A stretch of 64,000 nucleotides of DNA, from assembly GCA_003056145.1 (NCBI GenBank), contig LSNL01000003.1, positions 4,345 to 68,344 on the forward strand, read 5' to 3'. The notes below the pieces were generated by a model, which saw nothing but the letters and a program-made list of their open reading frames with translations, did not search any database and was not told the DNA's origin. Shown in pieces: positions 1 through 8,467 of the stretch (positions are counted from its first letter, which is position 1; each line of letters starts with the position of its first letter). Both the position numbers and the translations under genes were made by a program. The stretch is from Parcubacteria group bacterium M10-OD1-1. GTDB taxonomy: Bacteria > Patescibacteriota > Minisyncoccia > Moranbacterales > UBA2206.

Positions 1-181
1 TATTTCCAAAACTTAAAAAGAAGTCTCCTGAAAAATTATCTTGAATAAAATCTAGCGTTTCTACTTCTGCTAAATCTCCACAATGAATTATTTTTTCAAT
101 TTTATTTTTTCGACAATAATCTAAAACCTTTTTTAAGTTTGGAATATTATCGTGAGTATCAGAAATAATAGCTAGTTTCAT
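1..181 (-). CDS. YfcE/MJ0936-family metallophosphoesterase (3' end runs off the window)
   Basis: Manual translation MKLAIISDTHDNIPNLKKVLDYC...IIHCGDL...SFGN shows the calcineurin-like motifs SDTH, HCGD and GN; not in the ORF track. Confidence 0.85.
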   Translation of the reverse strand, partial: MKLAIISDTHDNIPNLKKVLDYCRKNKIEKIIHCGDLAEVETLDFIQDNFSGDFFLSFGN

Positions 182-223
182 AAATTTTTAGAAAAATTAA
201 TTTTAGTCAATAAAACTTTAGAC

Positions 224-1054
224 TTAGGAAGAATTTTTACGTAATTTTTTTAAAGTTAAAATATCTTCAGCTACTTGATCGGGTGAGGTTTCTAAGATTA
301 TATCAATATCTTTTTCTTTCGCTAAGGTTATAATTTTTTGAAAGGGTTCTAGCCCGATTAAGCCTTTTCCAATATGTGCGTGACGATCTTTTTTAGAATT
401 GTATTCAGTTAGAGAATCATTAGCATGAATAATTTTAATTTTTTCTAGTCCAATCTCGGCATCTATTTTTTTAAGAGTCTTTTTGAAATCACGCCAATCG
501 TAACCAGAAGCAAAAGAATGTTGAGTATCTAAGCAAATACCAGCGATAGAAGGATTATTTACTCCTTTAATAATTTGAGCTAATTCTTGAAAATCGCTAC
601 CAATAATTCCTCCTGCTCCAGCGCTATTTTCTAAAAGTAATTTGGTAGTTCCTTGATAATTAGCTAAAGTTTTTTTTAACATCTCAATCGTTTTTTGAAG
701 AGCTAACTCTTTACCTAAATCTTTAGTGGTTCCAAGGTGTGTAATAACAAATTGAGCTTTAAGTAGGGATCCAGTCTCTAATTCTTGACGAATAGCTGAG
801 ATAGATCCATAGCGAATACGATTATTTTTGGAAGCAAAATTTATATAATAAGGAGCGTGAATAACAAAATTTTTAAGTTTATTTTTTTTAATCTCAGTAG
901 AAAATTTCTCAATGATTTCAGAAGTAAGTTGAGTCGCTTTTCCTCCTTGAGGGGAGCGGGTAAATATTTGAAAGCATTCGGCGCCTAGCTCTGTTGCTCG
1001 TTGGGGAGCCTTAAAAATTCCTTCAGCGATAGAAATATGACAACCAATATTCAT
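224..1054 (-). CDS. nfo: Endonuclease IV (AP endonuclease)
   Basis: IGCHISIA, HAPYYINFAS, LLENSAG, CLDTQH, HANDS and DRHAHIG motifs. Confidence 0.95.
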   Translation of the reverse strand: MNIGCHISIAEGIFKAPQRATELGAECFQIFTRSPQGGKATQLTSEIIEKFSTEIKKNKLKNFVIHAPYYINFASKNNRIRYGSISAIRQELETGSLLKAQFVITHLGTTKDLGKELALQKTIEMLKKTLANYQGTTKLLLENSAGAGGIIGSDFQELAQIIKGVNNPSIAGICLDTQHSFASGYDWRDFKKTLKKIDAEIGLEKIKIIHANDSLTEYNSKKDRHAHIGKGLIGLEPFQKIITLAKEKDIDIILETSPDQVAEDILTLKKLRKNSS

Positions 1055-1134
1055 TAAACTAAGTTAGGTGATTACTTATTCATTATAAAACAAAGCTAGT
1101 TAAAAACCAAAGATTAAAAGTAATAAATAATCTC

Positions 1135-2094
1135 TTAAATAATTTTCCAACCATCTTTAATCGGGGCAATTTTTCCTTGAATTTCAAAACCACTAGCTAG
1201 CTTGTGTCCACCTCCACCAAATTGAGCAGCAATTTTAGAAACATCTACTCCCTTATATTCTTCACTGCGAAGGCTACCTTTAATAATGCCATCTTTTCTT
1301 TCAGAAAGAATTAAAGAGAACTTTGTTCCTGGAACAGTATTAAGAATTCCAGCGACTTGAGCAATATCTTCGGTTCTAGCTTCGCATTCTTCTAAATCTT
1401 TTTCAGTTAATACAGAGATAATCATTCCGTTTTCTGGGTTGATTTTAGCTTTTTCAAAAGCTTTTCCCCAAAGTTTTAAGGTAGAAATATTTTTATTAGA
1501 AAAAGTGGTTTCTACTATTTTAGCTAAGGGAGCTCCCTTTTTCATTAAAATAGAAGCAATCTCCATTACTCTAGGGGTTGTATTGGAATGTTGGAACATT
1601 CCAGTGTCAGAGAGAATTCCTAATAGTAAAAATTTAGCTATAGTGTGGTTAATTTCAATATTATTGGTAGAGAAAAAATTATAAATAATTTCACAAACAG
1701 AAGAGTAAGAAGGATCAATGATGTTAATATCTCCTTGGATAGTGATGTCTGGATGGTGATCAATTAAAGCAATAACTTGTTTTTCATTGAAGTTATCTTT
1801 AATTTTCTGAAAACCTCTCTCGACACTATCACAAGCAATAATTAATTTATAGTCAGCAAAATTTATTTGTTCGGGCGATTTAAATTGAATGTTAGAAAGA
1901 GATTTTAAATAATTTGGGAAAGGATCAAAACAGACGATAGTAACAATTTTATTAAGTTTTTTGGCGTACTCATAAAGAGCTAAAACGGAGCCGACAGTAT
2001 CTCCGTCTGGGCGAGAGTGAGCGAAAAGAAGTAAGCTATCAGTTTCTTTGATAGCAAAATTTAAAGTATTAAATTCTTGGGTAAATTTTTCCAT
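1135..2094 (-). CDS. nrnA: DHH/DHHA1 phosphoesterase (NrnA nanoRNase/pAp phosphatase)
   Basis: HSRPDGD, IDHH, DTGMF and GGGGHKLASG motifs; lies downstream of rbfA as is usual. Confidence 0.85.
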   Translation of the reverse strand: MEKFTQEFNTLNFAIKETDSLLLFAHSRPDGDTVGSVLALYEYAKKLNKIVTIVCFDPFPNYLKSLSNIQFKSPEQINFADYKLIIACDSVERGFQKIKDNFNEKQVIALIDHHPDITIQGDINIIDPSYSSVCEIIYNFFSTNNIEINHTIAKFLLLGILSDTGMFQHSNTTPRVMEIASILMKKGAPLAKIVETTFSNKNISTLKLWGKAFEKAKINPENGMIISVLTEKDLEECEARTEDIAQVAGILNTVPGTKFSLILSERKDGIIKGSLRSEEYKGVDVSKIAAQFGGGGHKLASGFEIQGKIAPIKDGWKII

Positions 2095-2149
2095 TTTTTT
2101 AAAACTAAAATAAAATCAGTTTTTCAAGAGCGATTTTTGTCGCTTAAAA

Positions 2150-2479
2150 TTATATTTCTTTTAAAAGTTTTTCAATCTTATCAGCTTCTATTTCAGTCAT
2201 ATCAATTTTAAATTCAACCTTTGGTAGTGGTTTCATATATAATTTTTTGTTTAGTTTTCCTTGAATTTTAGAAATTTCTTTTTGCAAGGTCTTAAGGACA
2301 TAATTAATGTCTGCTTCTGGAAAGACGCTAACAAATATACGAGTGTATCGTAAATCGGGAGTAGTGTCAACCTTAGCAATAGTTACAAAAACACCTTCTT
2401 TTAAAGAAAGGTCTTGAGTTAAAATATCATTAATGTTTTTTTTAATAACTTGATTGATCTTTTCAATTCGTTGAGACAT
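2150..2479 (-). CDS. rbfA: Ribosome-binding factor A
   Basis: SQRIEKIN...VDTTPDLRYTRIFVS...PKVEFKID; follows infB. Confidence 0.93.
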   Translation of the reverse strand: MSQRIEKINQVIKKNINDILTQDLSLKEGVFVTIAKVDTTPDLRYTRIFVSVFPEADINYVLKTLQKEISKIQGKLNKKLYMKPLPKVEFKIDMTEIEADKIEKLLKEI

Positions 2480-2515
2480 CGTTAAGCAGTAGCTAATTAG
2501 TTAGTTGTTTAAATA

Positions 2516-4294
2516 TCACAAAATATTTTTTTTAACTTCTTCTTGATAACACAAGATAGTGTCACCAGTTTTAATTTTAGTTTTTCCAATAAAAGTTATG
2601 CCACATTCTTTTCCTGTTTGACATTCGTCAACATCAACTTTATTTTCTTGAAGATTTCCCATTTTGCCTTTGCCAATACTTTTGTCAGCGCGAAAAACTT
2701 CCAAAAGAGAATTATTAACTAACTTGCCAGAAACAATTTTTCCACCGACAATCATATCTTCTTTCCCATTTTTAAAAATGGCTAAAATTGTTAATTTACC
2801 AAAATCAGTTCGCTCAATCACTGGAGGTAATAAATCAGTTAATTTTTCTTTAATATTATCAATTAGTTCGTAAATAATAGAATAATTTTTAATTTCAACT
2901 TCAGCGGATTCTGCCATTCGTTTTGCCACCGAAGTAGCATCAACACTAAAACCATAAATAGTGGCATTAGAGCTACTAGCTAAGCGAACATCAGATTCAG
3001 TAATATTACCGACACCTACACTAATATATTCAATAGCTACTTCTTCAGATTTTATTTCAGCTAAAATTTGTTGGATAGCTTCTAGAGAACCTTGAACATC
3101 AGATTTTAAAATTATATTTAATTTCTTAATCTTTTCATCAGCGATAGTTTTCATAATTTTCTGAGCACTAAAAGATTCTTGCTCCAGAGAGTTTTTAAAT
3201 TTACTGGAATTCAATTTAGATTTTCCACCAGAACGCTCTACGACTGATTGTAAAATATCGTTAGAGTTAGGAGTGCTTTGAAGTCCGATTATATTGACTG
3301 GAGTTGAAGGTCCAGCTTCAGTAATTCTTTGACCTCTAAAATCTTCAATTCGCCTTACTCTTCCTATTGTAGAGCCAGCGATAATATCTTGACCTTCTTT
3401 TAAAGTTCCTGTTTTAACTAGAATGGTAGCTACTGGTCCTTTTTGAGGGTCTAAATTAGACTCTAAAACAATTCCAATGGGTTCTCGAGAATAATTAGCC
3501 TTATAATCTTCTACTTCTGCCGTTAAAAGAATATTTTCTAAAAGTCCATCAATACCAATATTTTGTTTAGCACTAATTTTAGAGCTTAAAACATCACCAC
3601 CCCATTCTTCTAAAAGAATTCCTTTATCTGCGAGTTCTTGTTTGACTTTTTGCACATTAACACCAACCTTATCTATTTTATTGATAGCTACGACAGTAGG
3701 GATTTTTTTTGCTAAAAGATATTCAATTACTTCACTTGTTTGAGGTCTAACTCCATCATCAGCAGCTACTACTAGAACAGCAATATCAGCCAAGCTAACA
3801 CCTCGTTCTCGCATAGCACTAAAAGCTTCGTGACCAGGCGTATCTACAAAAGTAATAAGCTTACCTTTTTTCTTAACTTGATAAGCGCTGATATGTTGAG
3901 TAATTCCTCCGGATTCTTTACCTGCCACGTTAGATTTTCTAATGGCATCTAAAAGAGTAGTCTTGCCATGATCAACATGTCCAAGAATAGTGACTACTGG
4001 AGGGCGACTTCTTAGATGGTCTCCTGAATCATGTTCTTTTTTTAATAACTCATTAAGTTTTTCTAAAGTCATTTCTCCACTAGCTTCTAAAATTTCTTCG
4101 GAAACTTCAAAACCTAAATCTTGAGCAATAATAGAAGCTGTTTCAAAATCAATTTTTTCATTAATACTAGCTAAAATGCCATTTTTCATTAACTCAGTGA
4201 TGACAATATTAATAGGCAAGCCTAAAAGTTCGCCAAATTTTTTAACGGTGACTGAAGAAGGTAAATTAATTTTTTTTGTGTTTTTTTCGGGCAT
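2516..4294 (-). CDS. infB: Translation initiation factor IF-2 (short N-terminus)
   Basis: [28 protein letters not shown] and NKID motifs. Confidence 0.98.
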   Translation of the reverse strand: MPEKNTKKINLPSSVTVKKFGELLGLPINIVITELMKNGILASINEKIDFETASIIAQDLGFEVSEEILEASGEMTLEKLNELLKKEHDSGDHLRSRPPVVTILGHVDHGKTTLLDAIRKSNVAGKESGGITQHISAYQVKKKGKLITFVDTPGHEAFSAMRERGVSLADIAVLVVAADDGVRPQTSEVIEYLLAKKIPTVVAINKIDKVGVNVQKVKQELADKGILLEEWGGDVLSSKISAKQNIGIDGLLENILLTAEVEDYKANYSREPIGIVLESNLDPQKGPVATILVKTGTLKEGQDIIAGSTIGRVRRIEDFRGQRITEAGPSTPVNIIGLQSTPNSNDILQSVVERSGGKSKLNSSKFKNSLEQESFSAQKIMKTIADEKIKKLNIILKSDVQGSLEAIQQILAEIKSEEVAIEYISVGVGNITESDVRLASSSNATIYGFSVDATSVAKRMAESAEVEIKNYSIIYELIDNIKEKLTDLLPPVIERTDFGKLTILAIFKNGKEDMIVGGKIVSGKLVNNSLLEVFRADKSIGKGKMGNLQENKVDVDECQTGKECGITFIGKTKIKTGDTILCYQEEVKKNIL

Positions 4295-4346
4295 AATTTT
4301 TTTAAATACTTAATAAATAATAAAGGAAGTGAGGAAAGAAAATTGT

Positions 4347-4859
4347 TTAGCTAGTTTTATTGGTAGCAATGGCTTTTTTAATGGCTTCTTTTTCTTCTTC
4401 TGTTAATGGATGTTTTTCTGATTGACCATTGATAATCTCCTTGGAATAAATTCTTGCTCCTTCTCTAGTGAAAAGAGAAGAAAGTGTTATTCCATCATTT
4501 TTGCCATTTAGTAGAGCGATTGAGAAGCTTTGGTTACCTCCTACATCCTTAAAAGGATTAAATCTTACTTGTCCAATTTTATGAAAACTTTTAAAAGCTA
4601 AATTATTGATTTGATTGGAAATATTATATAATTCTTGAATATCTTTATCTAATAATTGAAGAGACTTCGCTTGACTTAATAAAAGTTCTTCTAAGTTTTT
4701 AACTTTTTTTCCAGCAAATAAAATTGTCTTCTCTTTTTTAATAATTTGAAACTGAAGATAAAAAAATATATTCCAAGCTAAAAGTATTAAAAACAGAATT
4801 ATAAAAAAAACTAAAATTATTAGTAGATTATTTTGAATTAAGTTCTCCAAAGAAATCAT
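4347..4859 (-). CDS. DUF4446-like membrane-anchored protein
   Basis: N-terminal TM helix plus VRFNPFKDVGGNQSFSIALL and LTEEEKEAI motifs. Confidence 0.75.
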   Translation of the reverse strand: MISLENLIQNNLLIILVFFIILFLILLAWNIFFYLQFQIIKKEKTILFAGKKVKNLEELLLSQAKSLQLLDKDIQELYNISNQINNLAFKSFHKIGQVRFNPFKDVGGNQSFSIALLNGKNDGITLSSLFTREGARIYSKEIINGQSEKHPLTEEEKEAIKKAIATNKTS

Positions 4860-5070
4860 AGTATTTACTAGCTTAATTTAGATATAAGACTAATTTTAGG
4901 CTAGCATTTATATTTCCTTATGTAAAGCTAAAAGAATTATAATTTGATTAATAATTAAATTTATAAATTCAGAATATTTAAACTACTATTTAAGGGTTGC
5001 ACTAATGCTTTATGCAAGTCAAATTCAAAAGAGTAAGCTATGTACAGAAGAATAGGGCATACAAATGATA

Positions 5071-5109
5071 AATAAAAGTCTGTCTTACGTTTAAGACGGG
5101 CTTTTATTA
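5071..5109 (+). terminator. Intrinsic terminator-like hairpin
   Basis: aataaaagtctgtctta-cgtt-taagacgggcttttatt; two U.G pairs favour the + strand. Confidence 0.6.
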
Positions 5110-5136
5110 TTGTGGGCGGTGTCGCCTGCTATCTAC

Positions 5137-5165
5137 TTGACAGATATGAATAAATATGCTAGGAT
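5137..5165 (+). promoter_or_regulatory. sigma70 promoter with extended -10
   Basis: TTGACA (5137-5142), 17-nt spacer, TGc TAGGAT (5160-5165). Confidence 0.7.
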
Positions 5166-5268
5166 GTACTGAATAACAAATAAGTTATTTTTAAAACAAA
5201 CAAATAAATAAATTCTTTGAGGAGAGAGTTACAAACAACGAAAGCTTTATAGCGGTTGTTGTTTAAAG

Positions 5269-5325
5269 AAAACAGTTAAATGTTTTTCTCTCTTCAGGGA
5301 AGAAAGCATTTAACTGTTTTTTTTT
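5269..5325 (+). terminator. Long intrinsic terminator
   Basis: aaaacagttaaatgtttttct pairs with agaaagcatttaactgtttt and is followed by a T-run. Confidence 0.75.
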
Positions 5326-5349
5326 ATTTTAAAAATATGAAAGACAGAT

Positions 5350-5451
5350 TTTGTTGAAAGAATGATGCAGATGAAATGTGCTTGTTGACACAACTTAAAA
5401 TGATTAAAAGTTGTTAATCCAAGTTTTTATCTTCATCATTCTCTCAATAAA
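5350..5451 (+). other. About 100-nt imperfect stem-loop
   Basis: tttgttgaaagaatgatgcagatgaaa (5350-5376) pairs with ttttatcttcatcattctctcaataaa (5425-5451); inner caactt/aagttg helix. Confidence 0.65.
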
Positions 5452-5702
5452 GAGGAGAGAGAAGCTGTTCTTTATATCGAAATAAAATGCTGAAAATATA
5501 TACAAGACCTGCAAGCCTTGTCACTGTGTTGGATAGGTCGCCTTTCGACGGAAACCGATTGCCAATGGCACATTTTACAAATCGTTTTCGTAAGGAAATC
5601 GACTGGGAGTGAAGACTTGAACTATCTTCGCTTTCAGAAATTTCCTTATGAGCGCCTTGTTGTTTAACTCGCTGTGAGTACAACAAGACAATCTAGAGGA
5701 AA

Positions 5703-5719
5703 ATGCTCTTTGAAAAAAA
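5703..5719 (+). promoter_or_regulatory. boxA-like motif, copy 1
   Basis: atgctctttgaaaaaaa; resembles rrn boxA (TGCTCTTTAACA / GTTCTTTGAAAA); an identical 17-mer occurs at 6784. Confidence 0.6.
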
Positions 5720-5880
5720 ACAAAATCATCATAGGAAGCTATCACGATGGTTTTGTAAACAAAATTGGTACTTGGCAGATAGTCTGTTTGGTTACCGAAA
5801 AAATCAGGGCTAACAAATGCCCCCTTGCCGACATTTTCATGGATGTCGTGATAGCCGAGGTTTCCTAAGGAGGAAATATC

Positions 5881-6567
5881 ATGAATCAAAGAAATACTGG
5901 GAAGGAAGTAGTGTCCTTCCTCTGGAAGGAAGAAGGACTTGATGCGATTTTTTCCGGTGTGTCGTTTAACGACACACCGGACGGCAACGTTTGCACCTTT
6001 CTTTTTAGAAAGCAAGGTGTGAACGACGTACCGATATATTATCGGTACGAAATATTTGAACGACGCGACAGGCGTCGTTCAAAAGGACTGATTTTGACAT
6101 TACTCTTTACGAGTAATGTCAGGTCTCGGGTTGAATGCGTTTCCTTTCTAAAATTTTTAGAAAGGAATGGCCTACTCATCAGAAGGGCTGATGGCCCTGC
6201 TGATGAGTACTATGCCGACCCAAGGTTTATCACCTGTCCGCGCTTTGTGCGGATAAGTGATAAAATGTCTTTGCATTCAGAATTGTTGACCCTGACAAAT
6301 GGGGAAACAATTCTAGTAGAAATCTGGGCTCACTACCCAGAATACGAAGATGAAAATGAAGGAGACTTCCGTATAAAAAACATATGCTGGTTCCCAAAGG
6401 GGCACCATAGTTTTGATACGGAGGAAAATCCTGTAATATTCGCAGGTTTCCTGCGAATATGCCAAAACGGTAATACCGTCTTTGTAGACGGTATTTATTT
6501 CAATAACCGTGGAGGGCGCCACGGTATAATCGAAGAAGCAATTGACACACCAACGGCTACCGAGTAA
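5881..6567 (+). CDS. Hypothetical protein (228 aa), GC-richer, no recognisable family
   Basis: Perfect SD taaggagg just upstream of the ATG; long ORF; no motif recognised. Confidence 0.7.
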   Translation: MNQRNTGKEVVSFLWKEEGLDAIFSGVSFNDTPDGNVCTFLFRKQGVNDVPIYYRYEIFERRDRRRSKGLILTLLFTSNVRSRVECVSFLKFLERNGLLIRRADGPADEYYADPRFITCPRFVRISDKMSLHSELLTLTNGETILVEIWAHYPEYEDENEGDFRIKNICWFPKGHHSFDTEENPVIFAGFLRICQNGNTVFVDGIYFNNRGGRHGIIEEAIDTPTATE

Positions 6568-6693
6568 CCCTCGGCTAGTCGACAAACGTCGAGAGGTCGA
6601 CACTAAACAAACCCCCGAGCGACGGTAAGACGCGTTCATGAAATAAAATTATCTTGGTGTGAGTCCACCTAAAAACTCACTGCAGAAAGTACT

Positions 6694-6739
6694 AGGGGAT
6701 GAGCTTTCTGTAAGTTCAAGTTCAATCATCCCCTTTTTT
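6694..6739 (+). terminator. Intrinsic terminator with a competing helix
   Basis: aggggatga (6694-6702) pairs with tcatcccct (6726-6734) and is followed by a T-run. Confidence 0.6.
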
Positions 6740-6783
6740 CCGAAATCATCAGTTTGTTAAAAATTGGTGGTTTCAGAGAAAAG

Positions 6784-6800
6784 ATGCTCTTTGAAAAAAA
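6784..6800 (+). promoter_or_regulatory. boxA-like motif, copy 2
   Basis: atgctctttgaaaaaaa, identical to 5703-5719; flanked on both sides by hairpins. Confidence 0.6.
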
Positions 6801-6999
6801 TCTACAATACCGCAAATTGGTTGTGAATATTTGAATGTGGGATTGTTTAATTGACAACTAATTTGCAGTATTGTAGAAAAAATCCAAAGCCGGCAGGGTG
6901 TCGGTGGAGGGTAAATATTAATTTGTCTGATGCAATAATGCTGAGGACAACGGCGATTTTTCGCCCCCTAACTCCGGGGCTCGGAGTGGAGGAAGTAAG

Positions 7000-7644
7000 A
7001 TGTCCAATCAAGTGATAACTTTTGATAAAGTTGTGTCTGAGGTGGTTGCCAGCAAGGCAATTAAAAGAAATAAATATAACATCTGCCGCACCTGGCATGG
7101 ATGGATATCGAAAGACGTCCTACATATTACTAGTAGCTCCGGGGCTCGGCGGCGGAAAATTTGGCATTTCCCTATTATAAGGAATGCTGGAAAGGAGATG
7201 TTTTTTAAAAACACGACGGTAACTGCTGATTGCTGGACAGTTATTCCGGCAAAACAAGAAAAAGATCCTTATGGGAGGATTTTGAGACAGTGTAAACAAT
7301 CAAAAAAATTTCTCCACAGACATCAGCCTGGAGAAGTTGTCTATCTCAAAGGGAGATGGGCATATCTTCACTGTCATGTCCCGGGAGAGTCATCGTTTTA
7401 TGTTTCGTTCGATTCGGATGAGACGATCTTCGAAGGGCCCCTGATAAATGTTCCTGGGGGGCATTTTCAATATCAGGATTGGGAAGTGACGCTGTCCAAG
7501 TCCACTTGGGCAGTTGTCAGAAAGGCGCATGCCGATTCAAACGGTCGCGTGCGTAACTTTATCGAGGCTCTCCATATTTGGGGAGAGCCGGATATAGAAG
7601 AGGTTGCCTCCGCTGTGAGGAGAGGAACATTTGGGAGGAGTTAA
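7000..7644 (+). CDS. Hypothetical protein (214 aa), Trp/His-rich, no recognisable family
   Basis: SD ggagga upstream of the ATG; long ORF; no motif recognised. Confidence 0.7.
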   Translation: MSNQVITFDKVVSEVVASKAIKRNKYNICRTWHGWISKDVLHITSSSGARRRKIWHFPIIRNAGKEMFFKNTTVTADCWTVIPAKQEKDPYGRILRQCKQSKKFLHRHQPGEVVYLKGRWAYLHCHVPGESSFYVSFDSDETIFEGPLINVPGGHFQYQDWEVTLSKSTWAVVRKAHADSNGRVRNFIEALHIWGEPDIEEVASAVRRGTFGRS

Positions 7645-7659
7645 AAAGCGGACTTTTGT

Positions 7660-8007
7660 GCAGGATTGATGATTAGTTCTCATTCAATCCTGCCTATTAT
7701 TGGGATTTTAATTTCTTAATTTAAATTGAAATTCCATAATGGGAAATTGTTTATATAAATATAAACAATACATACAAAATATCTCGGTAATGTGAGGTGT
7801 TTTGAGTGAAATGAGATTTGATTTGTAAAACTTTTCGTCTTTGTAATTTTACGAGGACAAGAAACTCTCTCCTCGAGATTTTATGGATTAAATTTCTTAC
7901 TAAACATTTACTCAAACATCTCATATTGTTGAGATAAAAACATCACCTTTAACACAATAGCTTTGGCTTAGTGGTAATGTAGTCTATCGTTGTTGAAGGT
8001 TTTTTTT
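7660..8007 (+). ncRNA. Candidate structured ncRNA or long 3' UTR ending in an intrinsic terminator
   Basis: Five consecutive helices, including a 23-bp helix with five G.U pairs and no mismatch (7780 pairs with 7936); terminal stem 7945-8000 plus T7. Confidence 0.5.
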
Positions 8008-8227
8008 GTTTCTATGGAATCGGGAATTATTACAGAAGCAGTGACTGCAAAAACAGTGCGCGCTTTATATATAAAGAAAGTTCAAATATCGTTCAAAAGG
8101 TATCGCTATCTTTGAATTTTTGCGTTTTTGGTAGAATTTTGAGTGGGGCTTTGCTCCGCGCAAAGTGCGACCGTGTCTCGTATACACAGGAAGAAATGAA
8201 AATCCCCCAAAACGCTGAAATTGTAAT

Positions 8228-8317
8228 TGGCGGAGGCGGGAGGATTCGAACCTCCGATACCGGTTAAGGTATAACGCTTTTCGAGAGCGCCCTATTCAAC
8301 CGCTCTAGCACGCCTCC
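8228..8317 (-). tRNA. tRNA-Ser(CGA)
   Basis: GGAGGCGTGCTAGAGCGG...GCGCT-CTCGAAA-AGCGT, long variable arm, GGTTCGAATCC, encoded CCA. Confidence 0.97.
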
Positions 8318-8467
8318 TTTTCTCTCTTTTTAGTATCCTTGATTTTTATCTTTTTGGCAATAAGAAAAAGATGAAATCTAATTACAAATAAAAATAATTT
8401 TTAAGTTGTTGCTTTTAGAAATTTGTTGTAAAATATAAAAGTAAAATAAAAACAAATAAAAACAACG

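Noticed and set aside
5444-7214. Minus-strand and short alternative ORFs (5444, 5575, 5674, 6313, 6847, 7008)
   Set aside because: They overlap better-supported + strand genes or structured UTRs and lack an SD; higher GC makes chance ORFs more likely.
7945-8000. Integron attC-like site (..TTTAAC...GTTGAAG..) after a gene of unknown family
   Set aside because: Both core sites deviate from RYYYAAC/GTTRRRY, there is no integrase, and a T7 tail makes a terminator the simpler reading.
5100-8230. Prophage, retron, DGR or group II intron explanation for the islet
   Set aside because: No reverse transcriptase, integrase, capsid or TR/VR repeat pair was seen, and no duplicated tRNA 3' end was found.
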